Positions 1 through 7,406 of a stretch of 11,480 nucleotides of DNA are shown here, in pieces; position 1 is the first letter of the stretch, and every line of letters starts with the position of its first letter. Both the position numbers and the translations under genes were made by a program. The notes beneath the pieces were generated by a model. The model was not told where the DNA came from and ran no database searches. It saw only the letters and a program-made list of their open reading frames with translations. This stretch comes from Promethearchaeota archaeon (GTDB lineage: Archaea > Asgardarchaeota > Lokiarchaeia > Sigyniarchaeales > SOKP01): assembly GCA_011364925.1 (NCBI GenBank), contig RDOA01000010.1, positions 1 through 11,480 on the forward strand, written 5' to 3'.

Positions 1-428
1 ATTTTTGGGAAGACTTCCATTGCATTACTATCACTACTTAGGAATTTACTTAAATGTGCCCAGGGATAGACTAATACTTTCTCTACAACATATTTATCTC
101 GTTCTTTTATTAACTCAAGAATTTTCCTAGACTTTCCTTTAATTTCACCCTTTTCAATTTTTGCGTTATAACTTCTAATTTCCTCGTTTTTTTGTCTTAA
201 TTTTTCTGGAAATTCAGTAATTTGAAGTATTGCTGCCTCAATTTCATCTGCCCCTTGTTTAGCAATTAAGTTTGTATCGTATGTGTCCTGATCCTCGACT
301 GAGATAAAAGCAACTAATACTAATCCATCCATTTTAATAAGAGATTCCGGAAACTCCTGAGGATTAGTTGTTGCTTCTTTATTTTTAGTTACTTCAACTC
401 CGTCTGAGTGAATTAATAAAATCTTCAT
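1..428 (-). CDS. thrS: Archaeal-type threonyl-tRNA synthetase, N-terminal editing domain (partial, runs off the left edge)
   Basis: Manual translation from ATG at 428: MKILLIHSDGVEV...VLVAFISVEDQD...EKVLVYPWAHLSKFLS, open to the window edge. Matches the archaeal ThrRS editing-domain motifs M-x-x-LLIHSD, VAFISVE and VYP(F/Y)AHLS. A free-standing editing protein cannot be excluded because the catalytic domain would lie outside the window. Confidence 0.92.
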   Translation of the reverse strand, partial: MKILLIHSDGVEVTKNKEATTNPQEFPESLIKMDGLVLVAFISVEDQDTYDTNLIAKQGADEIEAAILQITEFPEKLRQKNEEIRSYNAKIEKGEIKGKSRKILELIKERDKYVVEKVLVYPWAHLSKFLSSDSNAMEVFPK

Positions 429-500
429 AGCATTTCCAACTCTTCAATTTTCTAAACATTCTTTAATGAAAAATCCTAAATATTTTTCTTCTTTTGATAA

Positions 501-514
501 TTAAATATATTTAA
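501..514. promoter_or_regulatory. Palindromic TATA-like element in the divergent thrS/translin intergenic region
   Basis: TTAAATATATTTAA is a perfect 14-bp palindrome about 40 nt upstream of the translin ATG. The AT-rich background lowers its significance. Confidence 0.4.
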
Positions 515-553
515 AATTGGAATTAATTATTACTAAAATATTTATTTATAAGA

Positions 554-1171
554 ATGAGGCTTAATAAGATTTTTTCGGAATTATCTGAAACTTTAGATAA
601 GTTAGATCAAGATCGAGAGAGCATCTTAAAATTATCTCGTATGATAATACGCGATAGTAGCATTGCGATTAAAAGTATTCATCGAAATGAATTAGATCAA
701 TATCACGAAAGACTCCTAAGCATTAGGGAAAATCATAAAGAATTGCAAGAACTAGTAAATAAAAATCCTGGAGTCTTCTTAAAGCACTTAAAAACTCCAG
801 AACAAGAATATTCAGAAGCTGTGGCATTTTATTCTATAATTTCAGATGAACCATTACCATTACCTAGTGAATTGAATATAGATCCCCTTAATTACGCACT
901 TGGTCTTGCTGATGTCGTCGGTGAATTAAGAAGATACGCATTAGATAACATTCGAAATTCCATCGTAGAAGATTTAAACTATATCTTGGAAAAAATGGAT
1001 GATATTTATACTCAATTATTTTCAATTGATTATCCATCTGGATTAACTCAAGATTTACGACATAAAACGGATCAAGCAAGAGGCATTATTGAAAAAACTA
1101 GAGGTGATATTTCAATTTCGCTTCAAATGAGTGATTTAAAGAGATGTATGGAGGATAGAGAAGAAAAATAG
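554..1171 (+). CDS. Translin/TRAX family protein (archaeal C3PO-like RNase)
   Basis: 205 aa, helical. RE-x-x-LKLSR near the N-terminus, QEYSEA and YALGLADVVGELRR motifs. Acidic residues E85, E88, D120 and E124 fit the TRAX catalytic tetrad. Confidence 0.9.
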   Translation: MRLNKIFSELSETLDKLDQDRESILKLSRMIIRDSSIAIKSIHRNELDQYHERLLSIRENHKELQELVNKNPGVFLKHLKTPEQEYSEAVAFYSIISDEPLPLPSELNIDPLNYALGLADVVGELRRYALDNIRNSIVEDLNYILEKMDDIYTQLFSIDYPSGLTQDLRHKTDQARGIIEKTRGDISISLQMSDLKRCMEDREEK

Positions 1172-1210
1172 TATCCATACTATAAGATTTACTCTGATTT
1201 ATAAATTAGA
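1168..1210 (+). promoter_or_regulatory. Putative ribL-ribK promoter: TATA box (TTTATAAA, 1198-1205) with two inverted repeats
   Basis: ATAGTAT-CC-ATACTAT at 1168-1183. TCTGATTTATAAATTAGA at 1193-1210 is an 18-bp palindrome with one mismatched pair, centred on the TATA box. Confidence 0.55.
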
Positions 1211-1240
1211 CTTAAATAGAATTGGTCGAGTTGACGAAAA

Positions 1241-1687
1241 ATAACAAAGAAGGTACTAATTGCAGGAACATTTGATCTTATCCACCCGGGACACATATAC
1301 CTGATAAATGAAGCTGCTAAAATGGGTGATGTTTATGTTATTGTAGCAACTGATAAAAATAGAAAGTTATATTCAGGGGAGATTCCAGTAATTCCCGAAA
1401 ATCAGAGATTAGAAGTAATACGAAGTGTCAAAAATGTAAAAGAAGCGAGACTAGGCAGGTCTGATAATGACACTCTTAAAACGGTCGAAGAAATTAATCC
1501 TGATATCATACTTTTAGGTCCTGATCAAAAATACAATCTTGAAACGCTAAAACATGGTTTGAGAGAGAAGGGATTGGATCATATTGAAGTTAAAAGATTA
1601 GAAATCTATTATGATAAGTATAAGCTTCACTCCTCTAGTCTTATTAAGAAAAAAATAATTTCCGAATATCAAAAACAAAAAGAATAA
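1241..1687 (+). CDS. ribL: FAD synthase (FMN adenylyltransferase, cytidylyltransferase-like fold); start uncertain and upstream of the listed ATG 1322
   Basis: The frame upstream of 1322 reads ITKKVLIAGTFDLIHPGHIYLINEAAK-MGDVYVIVATD, which contains the GTFD-x-x-HPGH (HxGH) motif. Further matches: P-x-IPENQRLEV, INPDIILLGPDQ, SSSLIK. Lies next to the riboflavin kinase gene. Confidence 0.88.
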   Translation: MTKKVLIAGTFDLIHPGHIYLINEAAKMGDVYVIVATDKNRKLYSGEIPVIPENQRLEVIRSVKNVKEARLGRSDNDTLKTVEEINPDIILLGPDQKYNLETLKHGLREKGLDHIEVKRLEIYYDKYKLHSSSLIKKKIISEYQKQKE

Positions 1688-1694
1688 AAATCCA

Positions 1695-2408
1695 ATGACT
1701 TCCAAAGAAGAAATTTCACCAGAGAATTATGCCAATTGGTTTGCACTTTATCAACTTTGCAAACATATAGAACACCGGCAAACAATTAATATAAGTAGTG
1801 TGGAATTCGGAAAACTACTTAATCTAAGCCAACAAACTGCATCTAGAAGAATTAACGATTTACTTGAGCTAGGTTGGATTAAAAGGAAGGTTGAGAAGAA
1901 ATCCCAAAAAATAGTTCTGACTAAGAGAGGAAGCGATGTAATGCTCTTAATGTATAAAAATTTAAAGAATATTCTAGAAAGCATTGTTATACTAGGAACT
2001 GTCCAGAGTGGAATGAAAGAGGGAGCTTATTATGTGTCGATTAAAGGATATTTTGATCAATTCCAAGAGAGATTAGGATTTTTACCATACAAAGGTACTC
2101 TAAATCTAGAGTTAAATAGTACTAATATTGATTTATTACGAGAGAAATTAAAAAATATAAAACCCGTAATTATTTCAGGATTTGAAGATGACAAATCAGA
2201 ACGATCCTATGGATTTGTTGATTGCTATGATTGCTTCATATCTCGCATTGACAATCCGGATGATAAAATTAAAGCTGCTATCCTAGATATTAAAAGAACT
2301 CATCACAAAGAAAATATAATTGAGATATTAGCTGAACCTTATTTAAGAGATTACTTTAAACTGAAAGATGGGGATAAATTAATTATCGAGTTAAATGTAA
2401 ACAGGTGA
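1695..2408 (+). CDS. ribK: CTP-dependent riboflavin kinase with N-terminal winged-HTH (RbkR-type bifunctional regulator)
   Basis: N-terminal ISSVEFGKLLNLSQQTASRRINDLLELGWIKR is a wHTH. Kinase motifs: GTVQSGMKEGAYYVS, LGFLPYKGTLN, RTHH, EIL...LRDYFKLKDGD. Confidence 0.95.
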   Translation: MTSKEEISPENYANWFALYQLCKHIEHRQTINISSVEFGKLLNLSQQTASRRINDLLELGWIKRKVEKKSQKIVLTKRGSDVMLLMYKNLKNILESIVILGTVQSGMKEGAYYVSIKGYFDQFQERLGFLPYKGTLNLELNSTNIDLLREKLKNIKPVIISGFEDDKSERSYGFVDCYDCFISRIDNPDDKIKAAILDIKRTHHKENIIEILAEPYLRDYFKLKDGDKLIIELNVNR

Positions 2409-2413
2409 ATCGG

Positions 2414-3037
2414 TTAATTCTCTTTTTCGTGAGTTCTAATTAATTTCACTATTTTAAAATACCTATAGAAGGATGTAATTAAAACTAAGATCATGAAAAT
2501 AAATAAAAAATCATTAACAAATCCATAAAAATAAGCAATAATCATCGTGACAACTAAATAAAATAATCTTTCTGAACGCGCCATTAGGCCAAAATCAAAA
2601 TCTCCCTTAAAGAAAACCTCTGCTCTTGCTCTTAAATAACTAATCATTATAGAACTGAAAAAAGATACGAAAACGATTATTTTCATATCTATTATTCCCC
2701 ATAATAACCTATTCCAACAATAGATCAGGAGTGCAAAGAAAATTACAAACTCGCTCGTCCTATCCATGACTGAATCAAAAAAGCCACCAAATAGAGTAGT
2801 TCTTTGTCTGATTCTTGCTATTGCTCCATCAACGCCATCAAAAAAACCCGTTAAGAAAACGAAGATCGAGAATAGAATTAAATTAGAGAAATAAACAAGA
2901 GTAATAAAACTTATAACAGACCAACTAAGCATTATAATAGTTGCTAGATTTGGACTAACTCCTATTATATTTAATGCCTTAGCTACCGATTTGACAATTG
3001 GTCTGAAAATCCTGCGAACTCTAAATTTTGACGCCAT
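2414..3037 (-). CDS. pgsA: CDP-alcohol phosphatidyltransferase (likely archaetidylinositol-phosphate or archaetidylglycerol-phosphate synthase)
   Basis: GVSPNLAT, the signature DGVDGAIAR...FGGFFDSVMDRTSE, SYLRARAE, GLMARSER, and several TM segments. Confidence 0.92.
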   Translation of the reverse strand: MASKFRVRRIFRPIVKSVAKALNIIGVSPNLATIIMLSWSVISFITLVYFSNLILFSIFVFLTGFFDGVDGAIARIRQRTTLFGGFFDSVMDRTSEFVIFFALLIYCWNRLLWGIIDMKIIVFVSFFSSIMISYLRARAEVFFKGDFDFGLMARSERLFYLVVTMIIAYFYGFVNDFLFIFMILVLITSFYRYFKIVKLIRTHEKEN

Positions 3038-3294
3038 AGCTTTTAAACTTTCCTTAATCTATGGTTTTTTAATTATTCCAGACTTAAAATTCTTAGGTAT
3101 ATAAAAAACACAAAAACAAAAAAGTAATAGCAATTTTGGTTTAGTAATTGATGAAATATGATAAATAACTGTGTTTAGGCTCAAAAACCAATTATTTAAT
3201 GAATAAGCATTATAAGTATTAATATAATCCTTAATTATACCATATATAATTTTTTTTATGTAATGATTATAACTTAAATGTAGTGTGATTTTAA

Positions 3295-3600
3295 TTGAAA
3301 TTACGGCTTGTAATGAAAACTTCAACAAATAAAAATAAGGATGTATCCATCAAGTTCAATATTGCTCCAAGTAAACATTATGGTTTTATTAATTTCATCA
3401 ACTTAGCATTAAAACAAAACAAACCCGTTATGATCTCTTTTGAAAAAATAAGTAAATCTGGAGAAAGAGAAGAAAGTAAAATCACTGGAACATTCAGGTT
3501 CGAGGGAAAAGACGAAGCGGGTTTAAAACAATTGGAAGAAGAAATTATTGATAAGGAAAAGAAAAGAAAGAAACAACACCAAAAAAGAGTCCATGGATAA
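3295..3600 (+). CDS. Hypothetical protein with a basic C-terminal tail
   Basis: 101-aa ORF (TTG start; alternative ATG at 3313) with protein-like composition. It fills the gap between pgsA and the convergent gene. No family recognised. Confidence 0.7.
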   Translation: MKLRLVMKTSTNKNKDVSIKFNIAPSKHYGFINFINLALKQNKPVMISFEKISKSGEREESKITGTFRFEGKDEAGLKQLEEEIIDKEKKRKKQHQKRVHG

Positions 3601-3620
3601 GCCGATACTTATCATTAACA

Positions 3621-4370
3621 CTACATTAAATTCACAAAACCAAACTTAACGAGGTTTTTACACACATTATACACTTGTTCATGCTTCAGATTTAAACTCT
3701 CAGTAATTTGTCTAATGGATTTCTTTCCATCAATCTGGTAAAAGATTTTATGAGATGTTTCACCAGTTAGATAATATTTTGGATTGATTTTTTTTAAAGT
3801 GGTAAAACGAGGAACCTGATTACAATAATTAGGTAAGTTAGGTGGAGGATCTAACTTACTTTTTAAAGCTATTAAATCTGTTTCCTCATTAATCTTTTCC
3901 TCAACGCACTTAAATAATGCCACAACGCGTTCTTTAAATCCTGAATCGCTCTCCTTCAATTCTTCCTCGACAAAAATCGTTAAAACATCATCAAATGATC
4001 TGAACGCATTTACATTACCTTTCCAGTTCAATATATCTTCTACACTAAACTTTTGTAAGAAAGTTCGAGAAACTTTTCTCAAAATCCTCAAAACATTAAC
4101 AGGCTTAGATGATTCGTCGTATGTGGCGATATATATTAAATTAGGAATACTAGAATCCTTAAGAAACGATAATTTCAAATCATTATTAGATAATTTTAAT
4201 TCGCTAATCGTTCCTAAATCCTCAAACGAGTCTGAAAATGAGTTTAACGCTGAGAAAAAGCCAGAAACCATGATTAACGTATTAGTTTCTGAAAAAATAT
4301 TTTTAACTACCGAGAAGTTCTTGCTTAGTAATGGTAAACCGTCTTTTATTATTAGAAAATCGTGTATCAT
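3621..4370 (-). CDS. Longin-like domain plus C-terminal winged-helix protein (NPRL2-like eukaryotic signature protein candidate)
   Basis: N-terminal FLIIKDGLPLLSKNF...MVSGFFSALNSFS...ISELKL fits the longin beta-beta-alpha-beta-beta-beta-alpha-alpha pattern. C-terminal KIFYQIDGKKSIRQITESLNLKHEQVYNVCKNLVKFGFV is a wHTH. Confidence 0.75.
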   Translation of the reverse strand: MIHDFLIIKDGLPLLSKNFSVVKNIFSETNTLIMVSGFFSALNSFSDSFEDLGTISELKLSNNDLKLSFLKDSSIPNLIYIATYDESSKPVNVLRILRKVSRTFLQKFSVEDILNWKGNVNAFRSFDDVLTIFVEEELKESDSGFKERVVALFKCVEEKINEETDLIALKSKLDPPPNLPNYCNQVPRFTTLKKINPKYYLTGETSHKIFYQIDGKKSIRQITESLNLKHEQVYNVCKNLVKFGFVNLM

Positions 4371-4538
4371 TAATCAAACTCATCAAATTATCTTTAAATA
4401 ATAATAAAAACTCAAAGAAATTTCATTATTTAATGTGTCAATAAAATCTAACTACCAAAAAAGAAAAAAAAAAGTAATATCCTTGTATTATCGTAATCAT
4501 ACTCCAATTTCTTTTTCATAAGAAAACACCAAGTTAAA

Positions 4539-4868
4539 ATGATAAGAACTAAGTCTCCGGGAAGATTTTGTATCTTTAGGGAGTACCAAGATTATTTAAA
4601 TTATCCCGTCATCCTCATGAAGATATTTAGTATTATATATTTGCAGACAGAACGAATTTTAGAACCAAAATTTTTAATCCATCAAAAAGATATAAGAGTT
4701 CCCTTAGAAATCCCAATGGATGGCAAAAAATTAGTACATAACTCAAGTAGAGACAATGTAATAATTGGTTACAATCAATTTATGAGGAAAAATTGCACGT
4801 TTGAAAAAGGCTGTGAAATTCAAATTACTGGCAATCTACCTATCACTGCTGGAGTTGAAGAGATTTGA
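4539..4868 (+). pseudogene. Truncated, degenerate galactokinase-like GHMP kinase
   Basis: SPGRFCIFREYQDYLNYPVI is a decayed PGR-x-x-LFGEH-x-DY motif. ITGNLPITAG is the start of the ATP-binding P-x-x-x-GL-x-SSA motif, but the ORF ends four residues later. Only 109 aa, roughly one third of normal length. Confidence 0.8.
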
Positions 4869-5608
4869 AGGCAATCATTTTGTGTGCTGGTCATGGAAAG
4901 AGGTTAGAACCATATACTGATAAAATCCAAAAAACTATGTTGAAACTTCAAGGAAAACCTTTTTTAGAATACATTATAGATGGATTGAAGTATGCTGGTT
5001 TTCGAGATATTCTTTTAGTCGTAGGTTATCAGAAAGAACAAATTATAGAGCATTTTCAGACTGGTGAAAATTGGAATATGAATATCGAATATATAGAACA
5101 AAAAGAATTAAACGGAACAGGAGGAGCTTTACTACTTTGCGAAAAACTCATTCATGAAGAACATTTTTTTTTAACCTGGGGGGATATATTGGTTCCTTAC
5201 AAGGTCTATAAAGAAGTATGCGCTATCTTCAAAGAAGAGAATCGAGACTTCATTCTAGTGGCAAATTACACTGATGATCCCCACTTAGGAGCAGCAATTT
5301 ATAGCAACGATTTAATTGTGACAGATATAATTGAAAAACCTGTACGAGGATCTTCTAAAACAAATTTGAATAATTGTGGAGTGTTCATTTTTTCTAAAGA
5401 GATTTTTAGCGTCCTAAAAACACTTACTCCTTCTGAGAGGGGCGAGATTGAGATACCTAAAGCTCTATTAATTGGGATTAAAGAACGACACTGGCAAGTG
5501 AGAGTTCTTAAAATGGATAAAATTTTATTTAGAGCAGATATAGGGGCAAAAGAAAAATATGAGCAATTAAGGGACGATCCAACTTGGCTACGACTTTTAA
5601 AAATTTAA
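4865..5608 (+). CDS. Sugar-phosphate nucleotidyltransferase (NTP_transferase, RmlA/GlmU-like)
   Basis: KAIILCAGHGKRLEPYT..K, EQKELNGTGGAL, WGD, IIEKP, NCGVFIF, SERGEIEI, DIG. The TTG start overlaps the upstream stop (TTGA). No C-terminal beta-helix domain. Confidence 0.92.
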   Translation: MKAIILCAGHGKRLEPYTDKIQKTMLKLQGKPFLEYIIDGLKYAGFRDILLVVGYQKEQIIEHFQTGENWNMNIEYIEQKELNGTGGALLLCEKLIHEEHFFLTWGDILVPYKVYKEVCAIFKEENRDFILVANYTDDPHLGAAIYSNDLIVTDIIEKPVRGSSKTNLNNCGVFIFSKEIFSVLKTLTPSERGEIEIPKALLIGIKERHWQVRVLKMDKILFRADIGAKEKYEQLRDDPTWLRLLKI

Positions 5609-5686
5609 ATAGATAAAAAGCATATTTAAAAACATTGCATAAGAATTAGGAAATTATTAATTTACATGAAAATGCAAGTGGCTTAA

Positions 5687-7306
5687 ATGCGGATAAGAAC
5701 AAGAAAAAACCTCCTAAAGAAAAATATTGTAATTACAATTTTATTTTCTATTCCAGTTATCAGTTTTTTCGGTTATATAGGTTTCGGTCTTTATATTCTT
5801 GACGATTTAGCTTCACTTACTCTAAATCTCGACCATCCTAACACCACATACTTTACTCCATTAGATCAAATCATCGGAAATCAAACGTACTTGGACCAAA
5901 TGGCAGCTCGGTTCGATTATCAACTGGAGAAGTGGCATATCCCCACGAATATCAGTATAGATGTCACTTTTACAAATGATTCATACAGCGAGGTTGAAAC
6001 TTGGCATGGTACTGACAACGGAGCGCTTCATTTAGGATATACATTGGCGTCTCAATGTTTACGCTATAAATATGCTCTTGATAATAGTGATTTGAACGAA
6101 TTAGAAAATGCAACTCGTATGGTTAAGAAATGTGTTTCTGGATTCAGTAATATGCTTGCCGCTCCTAATGGAGGTATTGGACCGGATTATCCCGGAATGC
6201 CAGCAAGATTTGTCTCAGCTCCTGAAAATCGAATTTATCACCAGTGGTTATTTGATCCTGATCCCCGTCATTTTAATGGAACTGGTCCTTATAGTAATTG
6301 GAGGGTTCGACTCCATACATCCCGAGACGAACTAGCTGGTTACTATTTAGGATTTGCAAGCGTTCTAAAATTTATTGATCCTACAGCTAACGAGCATAGC
6401 CGGTGGTGCGTTGAAAGAATTAAATTGTTGACAGCACAGATGATTGAGGGATTTCGTAAAACTAACTGGTTAGTATTAGGCGGAAATGGGGAACCAGTAG
6501 GATCAGATTTAAATCCAATTTTAGGAGAAAGCATATGGCAACTGGCACTACTTCGAATTGGTGCTACAGCATATCCAGATAAATACGATTCACTTTATAA
6601 TTACGCAGCAGCGAAAATTATGTCAATGCAAAACGGACATATGGGATCAGTAGGTAATACTGCATATGATACCTATGCTCTTGCCTTTAGTATGGATGTA
6701 GAATTTGCTCTAATAATGTTGGAAGATAACCCGCTTTTACAAAATCATTATATAAAGAGATTTGAAGAAGGGTTTTACAGTTTCTTGAGATATCATCGAA
6801 ACGCTTTTTTCAATATTATCCACCTTGTTTTTATGACACTATTAAAAGATTCGTCCTTATTTGAGGACCCTAGTTATAATGATAATGCAATAAGATGGGA
6901 TGTACTCGATCAATTATGGAGGTATAACACTTCTGGATGGGGATATGGTATAAGAGATTATAATTTAACAGTAAGACCACATTCCACGAGAGCTACTAGT
7001 TTAAACCCAGAAATCGCTAGCATGAAGGTCGACCCAAACAGAGCAAAATGGGCTAATTTCTTTGAAAATAACATATACGGAACGCTTTTTGCTTGGGTTG
7101 GCGAACTAATTGATATTAACGACCCAAGTGATGTTCAATACACGCTCCCCTTGACGGTATCAGAAATGGGTGTTCATCACTTTCTCTGGGAACATAGTAA
7201 ATTTTTTGGCACGGGTGGTGATCCCAGTGGTAATGGGTTAAAACAAGTTATACCTAATAGTTATTTAGTTGTTTATTGGATGGGAAAAGCATTTAATATA
7301 TTTTAA
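5687..7306 (+). CDS. Membrane-anchored extracellular protein, possibly an (alpha/alpha)6-barrel glycosidase-like fold
   Basis: 539 aa. Basic N-terminus followed by one hydrophobic helix (about aa 14-38), eight N-x-S/T sequons, Trp/Tyr-rich helical body with DNGALHLG and TSRDELAG motifs. The ORF is secure; the fold is inference. Confidence 0.6.
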   Translation: MRIRTRKNLLKKNIVITILFSIPVISFFGYIGFGLYILDDLASLTLNLDHPNTTYFTPLDQIIGNQTYLDQMAARFDYQLEKWHIPTNISIDVTFTNDSYSEVETWHGTDNGALHLGYTLASQCLRYKYALDNSDLNELENATRMVKKCVSGFSNMLAAPNGGIGPDYPGMPARFVSAPENRIYHQWLFDPDPRHFNGTGPYSNWRVRLHTSRDELAGYYLGFASVLKFIDPTANEHSRWCVERIKLLTAQMIEGFRKTNWLVLGGNGEPVGSDLNPILGESIWQLALLRIGATAYPDKYDSLYNYAAAKIMSMQNGHMGSVGNTAYDTYALAFSMDVEFALIMLEDNPLLQNHYIKRFEEGFYSFLRYHRNAFFNIIHLVFMTLLKDSSLFEDPSYNDNAIRWDVLDQLWRYNTSGWGYGIRDYNLTVRPHSTRATSLNPEIASMKVDPNRAKWANFFENNIYGTLFAWVGELIDINDPSDVQYTLPLTVSEMGVHHFLWEHSKFFGTGGDPSGNGLKQVIPNSYLVVYWMGKAFNIF

Positions 7307-7406
7307 AATTGGTCTCCAAATATTTTTAAAGTAGTGAATAATCTCAATACTTAAATTTTGTTTTTATTTACTAAAAATATCTTGATCGAAGGTGTCTCAA
7401 TAAAAT

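Noticed and set aside
888-1079. 63-aa minus-strand ORF
   Set aside because: Antisense shadow inside the translin gene; no motifs.
1232-1234. In-frame TGA before ribL as possible selenocysteine or readthrough codon
   Set aside because: A TAG lies five codons upstream (1217) with no start codon in between, so readthrough would not supply a start.
1751-1984. 77-aa minus-strand ORF
   Set aside because: Antisense to ribK; no independent support.
3038-3294. Long AT-rich spacer as possible ncRNA, CRISPR array or origin
   Set aside because: No direct repeats, GC-rich stems or recognisable ORB or tRNA motifs were seen; best read as a divergent promoter region.
3059-3328. 89-aa minus-strand ORF
   Set aside because: I/K/Y/N-rich translation typical of AT-rich intergenic DNA; overlaps the start of the 3295 gene.
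4123-4401. 92-aa plus-strand ORF
   Set aside because: Antisense to the longin-domain gene.
4457-4473. A-rich tract
   Set aside because: Low-complexity run in a divergent spacer; no function can be supported.
6108-6534. Short ORFs 6108-6335 (+) and 6343-6534 (-)
   Set aside because: Alternative-frame or antisense shadows within the 539-aa gene.
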